This document shows, one piece after another, positions 50,057-62,871 of a stretch of 64,000 nt of DNA. Source of the stretch: Mobula hypostoma (lineage: Eukaryota); assembly GCF_963921235.1 (NCBI RefSeq), contig NC_086097.1, positions 26,786,001-26,850,000 of the forward strand, read 5' to 3'. How positions within the stretch are numbered: the first letter of the stretch is position 1; every line of letters begins with the position of its first letter. The notes beneath the pieces were generated by a model, which was given only the letters and a program-made list of their open reading frames with translations, did not search any database and had not been told where the DNA came from. The position numbers and the translations under genes were made by a program.

Positions 50057-52130
50057 GGTGGATTGCATCAAATCGGTTCTACACTAATTCTCTCATCGAC
50101 CCTCTGGACCACTACATACAACGAGTGCCCCCCTCACTCCCACTCACGACACCGTTGTTCGCTCCCGTTTCCTTCTCTCATCTGTTTGGGAGTTTCTGCT
50201 TTTGTAACTTCCGCGCAACCACAAACTAATTCCCCATTCGGCGAACTTCAGCCTTCCACTGCCTTTCAACAAGCACGGCGGTTGGCTCAGAGTCTTAAAG
50301 GGGTTATGTCGCAGGAGTTTAAGCGGAATTTGCCACTGGAAAATGAAACACTTTGTAAACTCTCTGGCTCGGTGATCTGCTCGAAGGACTGCGAACTGGT
50401 AATCGCAGCAAAATTTGTCCATCTGCATTTTATAAACACACAGGATTCTGCAGATGCTGGAAACCCAGAGTGAGACGACAGAGTCCTTCGGCAGTACTCG
50501 GCCCGAAACGTCGACTGTACGTTTATTTTCCACACATGTTGCCTGGCCTGCTGAGTTCCTCCAGCATTTTGTGTGTGCCTCTTGGATTTTCAGCATCTGC
50601 AGATTTTCTCTTGTTTGTGAGGAACTCAGCAGGTCAGGCAGCAACTATGGAGAGGAATAGCCAGTCAACGTTTCGGAGTGAGACCTTCCCTCAGGAAATT
50701 CCTTTCCATAGATGATGCCTGACCTGCTGAGTTCCTGCAGCATTGTGTCGTTGCTCTGGACTTCCAGCATCTGCAGAACCTCCCGTGTTTATATTAGGGG
50801 ATGATTGCGCGCCAATATGGAGAATGGGGTGTGGAGACGAACAATCAAAAATAAAATCTAAAAACCTGCAGATGTTGCAAGATCTGAAATTGAAAACAGA
50901 AAATGCTGTAATTACTCAGTGGGTCGGCAGAGTCTGTGCAGAAAGAAATAGTCAACGTTTCGGATTAATTATTAAGGTTTCCAATCTGATGGAAGGTAAT
51001 TGATCCAAAACTTTAGCTCCTTTTTCTCCTTCCACACACGCGACACTGACCTGTTGAGTATTTTCTGTTTTGGTTACCAAGATATAACGGAAAAATATAT
51101 GAACTTTTCAAGTTAAAAAAAAAGCATTAAGACTTAGTGCATCTTAGAAGAAGTGTATTACATATTTACTGAGTTACTTTCGTCGTAAAGTCACTCTTAA
51201 AACACGCTGATCACAAGAGCCAGGTTTTGCACAGCAAGATCACACAAACCATTTTGCAATTGAACGTATGATTAATTTTAGTGGTATCAATAGTGGAATT
51301 TTTCAAAGTAAATTTATTATCAAAGTATTTATATGTCATCATATAACTAGCCGAGATTAATTTTCTTGCAAGCATTCACAGTAGAACAAAGAAATGCATT
51401 AGAATCAATGAAAGACTATACACAAATATTATCACTACGTATAATAGGCCTGATGTGATTTTGACAAATATTGATTTGACCAGCTACAACCAAACTGCAC
51501 ATTGGCACCTTTTGCACTCACGAAGTGAGTGAGGCTGATAGAAATACAGCGCTTTGTCGAAGGAGAGTGGATTAAGTTGCCGTTTTCGAGCGAGTTCTGT
51601 TGTCAGTGGCTTTTGAAGGCGGAAGGCGAGCTGAAGGTTAACGGGAAAGATGCGGCCGGCGGTAGGACCCAGGGAGCGCTTCCGACCGCGTTCTGAGGCC
51701 GGCTTTTTCGGAGAGCGGGGGTTTAATTGCAGCTGCGACGCAGCGTGTCCGCTCTAATCAACGCACTTCACCCTCCGACCGGCTGCATCGTTCCTCCCCA
51801 TTCCCCCTCCCCTTGCATGGTAGCGAACACGGCGGCGTCCAGAGTTTGGGGCCGGTAGAAGCTGCCGAGTTTTGTCCGGACGGTATCGGGGTAGACAGCC
51901 CGGGAGCCACTCTGAACTACGCTGTGCCCCAGTCTGCATTGTTTCCTGTAGGAGTTCGGGACCAAGCGCAGAGTAATCTACCCAGCCTGGTCTTCTTCTG
52001 CTGGGCCCCGTAAGACTTTGCAAATCTTTGTTGGAAAGCAACCGCCGTCCCCACGTGACCCGCTTGGTGAAGTACGCTACTGTACATAATTACACATTAC
52101 CGTGCGGCAGGCATGGCCGCGATGGGATGA
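50057..52130. promoter_or_regulatory. Divergent EFCAB11/TDP1 promoter region with CpG-rich segments (about 49980-50330 and 51540-52130); candidate TDP1 non-coding first exon ending about 51661
   Basis: Locally high CpG density, ETS-like ACTTCCG (about 50207) and GGCGGAAG (about 51618), candidate donor GCG|gtagga at 51661/2; located between two divergent genes. Confidence 0.6.
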
Positions 52131-54972
52131 ATGGACTGCTCAGACAGAAGTAAATAGCTTGCATATCCTTTGGAGTGAGGAGGGGTGTTCCTTTAGCACC
52201 GCGGTGGTTGCTGATTTCCTTTCTGTAACGTGCTGACCAGACCTGTGCACGGTGTGCTGATTACTGCTGGTGATCTCCCGAGGGACGTGGACACACTGGT
52301 AAGGCAGGTGTCTTTTGGCATTAAGTTTAGTAAAATTGGTTTGTTATCATCCCGTGTGTCGAAATACAGATCGATTCATTACCGGAGAGCACTCGGGAAG
52401 TACAAGGGAAAACGATACGAATGCAGAATGAAGTGTACATTTAGCAGGAAAGTGTAGTCCGGGCAAGCAATATGGTGAAAGGTCACAGTGAGGTAGGTTA
52501 TGGTACAGGAGGTCTGTCTCTTGCATGAAATACAGGTGTAGTTAAAAAAAGACTTACTTGCCGCAGCATCACCAGCACGTAATGTTCATAAAACACAAGT
52601 TATACACAGTTTTCACAGGGAACGCACAATTACTGTAGGAGAAAAAACAAAAAGTCCATTTTAGTGCAAAGTGATCGGGGATGGACAGTGGTATTTTGGA
52701 TGGACTTTCGATCGTGGTCCCTGGGGGGCTGTCGTATGGTGGGTGTCGGGGGGGGGGTTACTGAGGCAAATGAGGGGGTGTGATGCTTTTGCTACTGCTT
52801 GTGCATGGGAGGGTGGGGGCTTTGGGGTTCTAATGTTCTCCCGTCATGCATTCTTTGGGGGGTTTTTCCCCTTCTGTTTTGAGGATGTCTGCGGATAGTA
52901 AGAATTTCAGGTTGTATATGGTGTATATCCTCAGATATTAAATTGAGCTAATGAATCATCGAGTGGTCATGGCGTTGCTAAATTGTAGTGGTTAAGGTTG
53001 TGCCGGTTGGTTCAAGAACAGAATGATTGAAGAGAAGTATTTGTTTCTGAACCAGGTGGTCGGTTCTGTACCAACAGTCCGATGTAACTATGAGAAGATG
53101 GCACAGCCTGGATGGTGGGGGACCTACAATGATGGATGTCACCACCTTGAGGCAGAATGTCCTGTACGTACTGCCGATTGGGATGTGCCCGTGATGCATT
53201 GGGCCAGATCCACTACCCTCTGCAGTTGCCGTACAGCCAGTCAGGATACTTTCAGCATTGCATCTGTAGAAGTTTATCAGAATGTTTGGTAACAAGCTGA
53301 AAGGATGAGTATTTCAGGGCTGATATGGGCATGATGGGCCAAAGAGCCTGCTCCTGTGCTGGGTTGGAATTGGTTTATTATTGTCACGTGTTGCCAACTG
53401 CATGTAGGCGCAATTACAGCGAAAGCACGGCATCACCTCTACTTCCTTACAAGTTTGCGAAGATACAGAATGATATCTGAAATTATGACAAACTTCTGAA
53501 GATGTGTGGTGGAGAGTTTATTGATTGCCCTGGTATGGAAACATCAATGCCTTGAATGCCCATCAATGCCCCCCAACAGGAAAGATTACACAAAGTAGTG
53601 GATATGGTCCAGTCAGTCATGGGTGAAGCCTTCCCCCACCATTGAGCACATCTACGCGGAGTCACAGGAGAGCAGCGTCGATCATCGACGGCCCCCGCTC
53701 TCTTCTCACTGATGCTATCAGGAAGGAGGTACAGGAGCCTCAGGACCCTCACTGCCAGGCACAGGAACAGTTATTAACCCTCAGTCGTCAGTCAGGCTGT
53801 TGAGGCAGTGAGGATGACTTCACACTCCCCCATCTTGGAACTGTTCCCACAACCTATGAACTCACTTTCAAGGACCCCTCATTTCATGTACTTACTCGAT
53901 ATTTATTGCTTGTTTATTTGTTCTTCTCTTTCATATTTGTGCGGTTTGTTGTCCTTTGCACATTGGTTGTTGTCGGTTCTGTTGGGTGTGGTTTTTCATT
54001 GATTTGGTTGTGTTTCTTGGATTTGCTGTGTATGCCCGCAAGTAAATGACTCTCAGGGTTGAGTATGGTGACATATATGTACTGTACTTCAATAATAAAT
54101 GTACTTTGAGCGAAGAAACAGTGGAAAGCTTGTTTTGCATACTGTTTATCAGATCAGATTGTGACCCAGTGCATTGATGTAGAACAGGGTAAAACAGTAA
54201 CAGTGCAGAATAAGGTATAGAACAGTGCAGGTGAAGGATAAAATGCAGGATCATAAAAAGGTTGATGGTTGATCTACAGTCCATCTTACTCCACAAAGGG
54301 TGTATTCAAGTGTCAGATAACAGCAGGGTAGAAGCCGTCCTTGAGCTTGCCGGGATGTGCTTTCAGGCTTTTGTATCTCCTGCCCGATGGGAGGGGGAGA
54401 AGAGAGAATATCCGGGGTGGGAGGGGTCTTAGATTATGCTGGCTGCTGTACTGAGGGAGCGAGAAGAATAAACAGTCCATAGAAGGGAATCTGATTTCCG
54501 TGATGTGCTGAGCTCTGTCACAACTTTCTGCAGTTTCTTGTCACACACACAGCAGTTTCTGTACTAAGCCGTTATGCATCAAGACAGAATGCTTTCTATG
54601 GAGCATCGATTTAAAAATCGGTAAGATTTGACAGGAACATGCCAAATTTCTGTAACCTCCAAAGGAAGCAGAGGCTTCGATGAGCTTTCTTGGCTGTGAC
54701 ATCTACGTGGTTGGGCCAGGGCAGGCTGTTGCTGGTGTTGACTCCCAGGAGCTCAGAGCTCTCACCCCTCTCCCCTCTCAAGCTCAACACTGTTTATAAG
54801 ACCATAAGAGATATAGGTTCTTAGTAATTGTCACACTGCTATTTGAGGGAGATTGTAGGGCTCATATTATCTGTTATATTTCCCATAGTATGACAGTGAC
54901 TGCGTTGCATAAGTTTTTTTAAATCTCTTAATGTAATGTAAGTAGAGGTATTGCTCTAATTATATTTGAAGA

Positions 54973-55160
54973 GATGACACTGGTGCCAAGCTGTGTGGGT
55001 CCTAATGCCCTTCCCTTGGACAACATCGCTGTCATGGAGAGGGGAGACTTGCAGCATGGGCAACTGCTGGTCTTCCATACAACCTTACCCAGGCCTGCGC
55101 CCTGGAGAGTGAAGATTTTCCAGGCGCAGACCCGTGATCTCGCTAGACTAACGGATGCTT
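54973..55160 (-). mobile_element. RTE-related LINE 5' UTR or SINE-like fragment
   Basis: Minus strand begins GCATCCGTTAGTCTAGCGAGATCACGG, with a CTGCGCCTGGA...TCCAGGGCGCAG hairpin; family assignment from recall only. Confidence 0.4.
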
Positions 55161-55269
55161 TTATTTATTTGAAGAGAAAGCAGAGAAGAACCAGTCATGT
55201 TAATCTCTCCATGTCAAAATGGTGATTTTTCTACATCAAAGGATATTGAAACTACAAAAGGTCATGGGA

Positions 55270-56230
55270 CAATCCGGTTATCGCATAGTTTTATTTAATG
55301 ATACTACCTTGGATTGGAGGTAGGAGACAGTAGATTCTGGTGGAGGGCTGATTTTCAGATTGGAGGCCTCTGGCCAGTGACGGTGCAAGGTCCAATGTGT
55401 TTCATCATCTTATATCAACATATTGGCTGAGAACATAGGTGGCATGGTTAGTAGGTGTGTGGATTATGCTCTAAATGGTGGAATAGTTGTCAGTGGTTAT
55501 CTGACACTACTCTGGGGCCTTGATCAACTAGACCAGTGGGCTGAGTTTAATTCAAATAAATCTGAATGAAGATCGAACTTCGAGTACAAGGTTAATGGCA
55601 GGAATCCTAGCAGTGTGAGGAACAGAGGGACCTCAGGGTTGACATCCATAGATGCCCCAATGTTGCAGTTTTAAGAAAACGTATGGTGCGTTGGCTTTCA
55701 TTAGTTGGGGGATTGAGTCCAAGAGCTGCGAGGTAACATTGCAGCTCTATAAAACTCTGGTTAGACCACACTTGGAGTGTTGTGTTCAGTCCTGGTCACC
55801 TCATTGTAGGTAGGATGTGAGGGAGGGTGCAGCAGAGACTGACAAGAATGCTGCCCAGATTACAGAATGTACCTTGTGAGCTCGGGCTTTTCTCTTGGGA
55901 GTGAGGGAGGGTGAGAGGTGATTTGATAGAGGTGTATGAGGCGATGAAAGGTATCGGTAGAGTGGACAGCCAGCACCTTTCTCCCAGGGCAGCAATGGCC
56001 AATACCAAAGGACATCAGTTTAAGGTGAACGGAGGAAAGGCAGAGAGTGGTAAGTGCCTGGTAGATGCTGCCAGGGGTCATGGTAGAGACAGATCAATGG
56101 GACGTTGAAGAGGTTCTTAGATAGGTACGTGGATGAAAGAAAAATGGTGGGATGTGTGGGAGAGGCTTATATTGATTTTACAATAGGTTAAAAGGACAGC
56201 ATAACATTGTGGGCCGAAGAGCTGTAATGT
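55270..56230 (+). mobile_element. Decayed CR1 3' fragment
   Basis: [20 protein letters not shown] and RGDLIEVYEAMKGIGRVD. Confidence 0.75.
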
Positions 56231-56474
56231 TTGTATAATGAACAGGATCCAAGGCAAACTTTTTGTTGTATCTTGGTACATGTGGCAATAATAAAGCAAT
56301 ACCAAGGGGGAACGGGAGGACGTCGACTCAGACCATGAGAGGCCTGCGTCGGGCATTTTCGTGCCTTACAAGGCGCAGGTTGGAAATTCATAGAAATACC
56401 GCCCAGACAGTTTGTGGGTGGAAGAGAATGCTACCTAAATGCAGGCTCTTGTTATTTTTTTTCTTTGTAGTGCC

Positions 56475-57075
56475 ATGTCGAGCAGAACAGAGAGCCAGCA
56501 CGGGAAGTGGACGGTGTCGAGCAGCGATGAGGAGGACCAGAAGCCTGTCCAAGGAGCTGCTGGCGCAGGGCTGCATCCAGTCAGGAGGGACGAGGTGTCC
56601 GACTCTGACGAGACAGTGATTGACGAAGGGGAGTTCGAGGCATCGCACTGTGGCCGGGCGCAGGGGGTCGCTAGGACAGAGGAGCAAGATCTTTGCTCCC
56701 TCCAGCTGCCCCCCAGGTCAGTCAAAACCGAATCATACGACCCCACCCCCACGGCCAAACGGGCGAGACCCTCTTCCGAACTGGGCTGGGGGCTGTCCAG
56801 CAGCGACGAGGAGCCCGAGAGCAAAGTACACGGGCGGCAGGTCAAGGAGGAGAGAGTGGAAGAGAAGGCCTCTTGTCTGAAACCGAAGAAAGCCTGCCTG
56901 GGAGATCTGGATCACTATGGCTTCGCAGAGGAGGAGCAGAAACCAGAAGTGCAGGCGGCTGGCGGGATGCTGGATAAGTGGGATTTGCTGGGCACAGAGC
57001 AGACCTTCAGCTTTTATCTGACCAAAGTGTCGGGAATCTCGTCCAAGGACAACATCTGTGCTCTTCATATAAAAG
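56475..57075 (+). CDS. TDP1: Tyrosyl-DNA phosphodiesterase 1, first coding exon (exon starts 56471)
   Basis: ttctttgtag| acceptor, ATG 56475; motifs GKWTVSSSDEE, LGWGLSSSDEE and WDLL...FYLTKVSGI...ALHIK match the recalled TDP1 N-terminus; ends at AAAG|gcaagg (GC donor). Confidence 0.93.
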
Positions 57076-58576
57076 GCAAGGTCAAATTCATTGTCATGGG
57101 CATACATAGACAGGGTATAAACGCCGTAAAAATTTGTTTTGTGTATCAGCAACATGGGAGAATGAGAGGCAACTTGATAACGGTGTACGATGATGAGAGA
57201 TGTAAATCAAGTAGACAGCCGGAGAATTGCAGTGAGAACGTGTTCATTGTCCATTTAGAAATCTGATGGCGGAGGGGAAGAAGCTGTTCTTAAAACAATG
57301 AGTGTGTGTCTTCAGGCTCCTGTACCTCCTCTCCTCTCATTGCTACCATTCAGGGAGGAGGTACAGGAGTCTGAAGACACACACTCGACAGTTTAAGAAC
57401 AGCTTCTTCTCCACCATCAGATTTCTGAATGGACGATGACCCCATGAACATACCTCACTATTTTTGCCCTCTTTTTGCACTACCTTTTTAATTAAATTTT
57501 TAATCTATTTTTCTTATTGTAATTCATAGTATTTTCTTTGTATTGCATTGTATACCAGGCAAGGCCACTTGATTCCAAGCAACTGGTTTATTGATCATTA
57601 CAGAATGTCTCTCTGATGCTTCCCGCTCTCTCCCCTCTCCCTTCCCCTTTTCCCAACCATTATTCCCCTCTCCCTGCCACTTTCCAACTATCAGTCCACT
57701 ACAGAGACCCACATCAGAACCAGGTTTATCATCACTCACGTATGTCATGATTTTTTTCCCTTTTTTGTGCTAGCAGTAGAGTGCGATATACAAAATTACA
57801 ACAGTGCTGTGCAAAAGTCTTAGCTGCCAAAGATTGTACGTGTGGAGTCTGTGGGCTGGTAATGGTTATTGGTCAGTAACGCAATGCCTATCTCCTGCTA
57901 ACAGACAGAGACAGAGAAATGCACACATCCATTCTGCTGAGTATTTCCAGCACTTTCCCTGTCCCATCTTTTCTACAAATTAAAATAATTTTTACTTTCC
58001 CTGGAAAAAGTCTCCTTGACCTGAACTATTTTCTCCCTTTCTGCTTCCATGGGTCCTGCCTGATCTGATGTTATTTTTTTTCTTGCTCTTCATTTAGAGG
58101 TAAAATATAACTTTGAATGTGTGAGGGGGCAGTTATTTGTAGTCATCAGTTCTCCTCTCAAATTCTCGAGCCAAAGCCTCATGTGGTTGAGATGAACACT
58201 TTGGGTTTCAGAAAGTAGTGATGTTGGAGATTTAAAACATAGTACAACACAGGAAAAGGAGACGTGGAGAGTACAGAGGAGATTTACCAGGATGCTGCCT
58301 ATGTTAGAGAGCATGGCTTGTGAAGACGGTGAGCGAGCCAGGGTTTTTCTCAAAGGAGAATGAGTGGTGACTTACAGGTATATAAGATGATACAAGGCAT
58401 AGATAGAGTGAACAGCCAGAGACCTTTTCCCAGAGTGGAAATGGTTAATACAAGAAGGCTTAATTTTAAGATGATTGGAGAAAATGTAGGGGGGATTTCT
58501 GAGGAGGGTTTTTGATACGGAGCAGGCTGAGTGCAAGAAATGCCCTGTTAGATGATGGCAAAGGTACATAGATATA

Positions 58577-60127
58577 CAGGTTTCCCCCGCCATCCGAAGG
58601 TAGAGCGTTCCTGTGAAACGGCTCGTAAGCCGAAATGTCGTAAAGCAAAGAAGCAATTGCCATTTATTTATATGGGAAAATTTTGTGAGTGTTCGCAGAC
58701 CCAAAAATAACCTACCAAATCACGCCAAATAACACATAAAACCTAAAATAACAGTAACATATAGTAAAAGCAGGAATGATATGATAAATACACAGCCTAT
58801 ATAAAGTAGAAATACTTTTCCACAATCATTACTGAACTGTTCTCCGTAGCGAAAATCTCATGCAAGCGCCGTCGGCAGAAGATCTCACGCAAGTGCTGTT
58901 GGCAAAAACACTCTCTCCAGTAACCTTTAAGCGATGAAGCTGCCAATTCATACCAAATAACATGTAAAAGTACACAGCCGATATAAAGTAGAAATGATGT
59001 ATGTACAGTGTAGTATCACTTACTGGAATTGGGACAGCGCCGAGCACACGGATGATGGTCTGTTAGACTGAGTTGTCGCAGGTTGGGGTGGTGCAGTGGC
59101 CCCCACCCTCCAGGCCGCTGACCCATACATTGCCACAAAGCACGCAGGAGTCCAGTGGTAGCCGGGAGGCACACAGCACATGTTTAAGAAAAAAGCCAAA
59201 ATAAACATGCTAATTAATTAGGTGCCGCCTAACACGTAACTGTCGGCGCAGATCAGTGCTGATGCAATCTCCTCTGATCTGCGCCGACATTTATGAGCCG
59301 GGCAGCACCTAATTAATTAGCATGTTTATTTCGGCTTTTTTCTTAAAGATGTGCTGTGTGCCTCCCGGCTACCATTGCATTCTCCGCGAATCGGTATCTA
59401 TCCGTGGCCTGGGGGTTGGGGTGGTGGGACACTGGGGTGTCATCTCGTCGTCTGTTTCCATTAGAGCAGGCAACTCATCTTCTCCTATGACTGCTCACCT
59501 CAATGTTGAAGGTCAAGGTTCGTTGTCGGCTGTGGCTGATGTGGAAGGCTTGCTTGACAGCTGATCCTTGTGCATTTTTCTATCAAACAGTTCTTTGTAA
59601 ACACTCAAACCATCCTGCCGATATCCCCTAAACCTACGTACCATTTCACAATTAAAATCGTACTTTATCATTACTCATTCGGTTTCAATTGTTATCCTTT
59701 CCTCTTCCAATTGCATCAGCTCTTCATCTGTCAGTTCTTGGTCATGGGATGCCAAAACCTCTTCAACATCATCTTCGGCAGCTTCCACAAGCCAAACTCA
59801 CTCAGTCCTTACTTCGTTCACCACGATCAAAACGCTTAATTATGTCTAGTTTTACGCTAAGTGTAACACCCTTACGAGCTCTTTTAGGCTTTTCCGATAC
59901 CATAGAACTCATTTTGCAAACGGCTGCTCATAGGCACGTGTTAAAGCAATACCGGAGAGAATCCGGGGAGAGCGGCAGCTCGGGGTGCGCGCTGCCTTTT
60001 TTCGTGCGCTGATTTTTTTCCGTAACAGTGAAAACACCTTCTGAAAGCGAAAACAGGGTAACTAATGTAGGTCTTCCATAACAGTGAAGTTTCGTAAAGC
60101 GAACGTTCGAAAAGCGGGGGACACCTG
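58577..60127 (-). mobile_element. Tigger/pogo-like non-autonomous DNA transposon
   Basis: TA-CAGGTTTCCCCCGC ... GCGGGGGACACCTG-TA; the minus strand at about 59690-59800 reads EAAEDDVEEVLASHDQELTDEELMQLEEER, like Tigger transposase C-termini; inserted in a CR1 fragment. Confidence 0.8.
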
Positions 60128-61067
60128 TATTAGAAACATTTAATATTCTAAATTGTTTTATGTCATTTCCAGTACACAAGTGTAAAGGAGAACAAAATAA
60201 TTGTTACTCCGGATCTGATGCAGCATGAAATAAAGTACAATAAGATAAAGAATGTAATAATAATAAAAACATAATAAACGTAAACTTATAAGATAGCTTG
60301 TAGACATTGATTGTATGTACAAAAAGTAATGCTAGGCACAGGAGTGTTTGTACATAAGGTGACTGATGGGAAGTGATAAAGTAGTGGTGGTTGCGGGTGT
60401 GGAGATGTTGATCAGCCTTACTGCTTATGGAAGGAGACTTAGATAGGCACGTAGATGAAAGAAAATTAGAGGCCTGTAGGGGAAGGAAGAGTTAGATTGA
60501 TCTTGGTGTAGGTTAAAGGGCAGCACAGCATAGTGGGCCGAAGGGCCTGTGTTGTGCTGTACTGTTCCATGTTCTAGCTATCTAATTAAACTAATTCCTT
60601 CTGCCTGCACAACAAACATCCATAACCCTCCTCACGTGCCTCTTGCTGGCCTGTATTTTATTTGCCTCCACTACCAACCCCGGCATTGCATTCCGGGTAC
60701 TGACCACACTCTGTAGAGAAACTTGCCCCACGCATCTCTTTTGAAATTTCCCCTCTCACCTTAAATGCATTCCTTCTGGTATTAGACATTTTGACCCTGG
60801 GAAAAAGATACTCGCTGTCCATCTGTACCTCTCAGTATTTTATAAGCATCTTTTAATTCTATGTAAAATCTTGATGCATTGAGTACAGAGGTTGGGTGTT
60901 ATATTGAAGATGTCGGTGAGGTTGGATCTGGAGTACTGCCTGCAGTCCTGGTCACCTACCCACAGGAAATGTATCGATAAAATTGAAAGAGAAAATTTAC
61001 GGTGATGTTGTCGGGATTGAGGATCTGAGTTGTCTTAATTATCTTTGTTTTCTTAAAACTGTTACAG

Positions 61068-61111
61068 ATATTCTATCGCCACTCTTTGGGACAATAGTAG
61101 CTTCTGCTCAG
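61068..61111 (+). CDS. TDP1: TDP1 second coding exon (D-ILSPLFGTIVASAQ)
   Basis: gttacag| acceptor and CAG|gtgaga donor, 44 nt; recalled human DILSPLFGTLVSSAQ. Confidence 0.95.
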
Positions 61112-61332
61112 GTGAGAAAACCCCATTCTACTGTGTCGGGGAGGGAGCACTGGGAAAGTAGTTAGGTTACTCTGTGTAGAGTGCAGAAGCTTTAGTCAGT
61201 TGAATAGGGCTGTTCAAAATGGGTAGCTTTGATCCAGGAAATGTGGAGAAATATTTGCAGCAACCCATAATTCCAAAAATACTACATAAAAAATGGGGGA
61301 GGCATTAAATAACCCTTAAAAGGGATTGGGTA

Positions 61333-61618
61333 CACACACAGTGGCCACTTTTTAGGTTCCACCTGCAGCTAATGAAGTGGCCACTCGGTGTATGCTTGTG
61401 GTCATCTGCTGCTGTAGCTCATCCACTTCAAGGTTCAATGTGTAGTACGTTCAGAGATACTGTTGTAATGTGTGGTCGTTTGAGCTACAGTCGTCTTCCT
61501 GTCAACTTCTGGCCATTCCCCTCTGACCTCGCTGATTATCAGTGTTTTCTCCCACAGAACTGCTGCTCAATGGCTGTTTCTTTTTGTTTTTTGCACCGCT
61601 CTCTGTTAACTCTTGAGA

Positions 61619-61656
<38 letters not shown>

Positions 61657-61900
61657 AAAACCCCAAGAGATAAGCAATTTCAGATACTCAAACCACCCCG
61701 TCTCAACAATCATTCCATGGTCAAAGTCACCCAGATTACATTTCCTCCCCATTCTGGTGTTTGCTCTGAACAGCAACTGGACCTCTTGACCGTGTCTGTT
61801 ATGCTTTAACGCATTGAGTTGCTGCTACCTGATTGGCTTATGAGATATTTGCGTTAATGAGCAGGTGTACAGGTGTACCTAATTAGGTGACCACTGAGTG
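61333..61900. mobile_element. Tc1-like MITE with internal (GT)n at 61622-61653; second partial copy at about 62980-63325
   Basis: CAGTGGCCACTTTTTAGG ... CCTAATTAGGTGACCACTGAGTG-TA TIRs. Confidence 0.7.
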
Positions 61901-62039
61901 TAGATTTTAAAAGGTAGAAATTTGCAGTGTTATGGGAAAAGAGTATAATAAACTGGCCATTCTATGACCTCTATCATTAACAAAGCATTTTTACCCATGC
62001 TCACTGTATGTATGTTGTTTTTCACACTATTCTCCGTAA

Positions 62040-62720
62040 ACTCTGGAGACTGTTGTGCTGACAGGAAGATGGGTTGAGGGTGGATGTCCGGGAAATGGAG
62101 GGGCCACCATTAGCAGTAGAGGAAGGGTAACCCCGTTCTTTGATGTCATGAAACCTAAAGTCCCATCTTGGAACAGATGCGGCAGAGATGGAGGAACTGA
62201 AAAAAGGGAATGTCATTTTTACAGGAGACAGGATGGGAAGAGGTATAGTCAAGGTAGCTTGTCCGTAAGCTTATAAAATATATCAGTGGACAGCTTGTCT
62301 CTAAAGATGGAGACAAAGTGATTGAGAAAGGGGAGAGGTGGACCAAGTGAATTTAAGAACTGGGTGGAAGTTGGAGGCAAAGCTGGTGAAATTGTTGAGC
62401 TCAGCAGGGGTGCAGGAAGCAGCACCAGTGTAGTGCAGAGGGAGCTGGGGAGCATTACCAGGGAAGGCTTGGAACATGATCTGTTCCAAGTAGCCAGTGA
62501 AAAAGCAAGTATAGCTAGGGCTCGTGCAGGGGCCCACGGCTATCCATTCTGTTTGGAGAAAGTGGGAGGAGCTGAAAGAGATATTGTTCAAGTTGAGGAC
62601 CATTTCTGCCAGACGGAGGAGTGTGGTGGTGGAGGGAACTGGTTGGGTCTGTTGTTTACAAAAAGGCAAAAAGCATTAAGACCTTCCTGATGGAGAATAG
62701 AAGTACATAGGGACTGGTCA
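62040..62720 (-). mobile_element. Decayed Penelope-like reverse transcriptase fragment
   Basis: PSTTTLLRLAEMVLNLNNISFSSSHFLQTEWIAVG...SPSYTCFFTGYLEQ resembles PLE RT (F...F.Q..G.AMG....P.YA.LF....E). Confidence 0.75.
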
Positions 62721-62815
62721 TGACATGGGGCTGCTGCTTAGCAGAGGTATTTATTTATATTTGTTGTAAATTTTTTTAATAACATTTATATGTTTTTAAC
62801 GTTTTTATCTTTCAG

Positions 62816-62871
62816 TTCAATTATTGCATCGATATTCCTTGGCTTATGAAGCAGTATCCTGAAGAATTCAG
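62816..62871 (+). CDS. TDP1: TDP1 third coding exon (FNYCIDIPWLMKQYPEEF-R)
   Basis: tatctttcag| acceptor and CAG|gtgagt donor, 56 nt; recalled human FNYCFDVDWLVKQYPPEFR. Gene continues beyond the window. Confidence 0.95.

Noticed and set aside
56439..57266. Single-exon 275-aa protein starting at 56439
   Set aside because: The first 12 codons overlap the polypyrimidine tract and acceptor, and the part after 57075 is intronic; the real product is spliced TDP1
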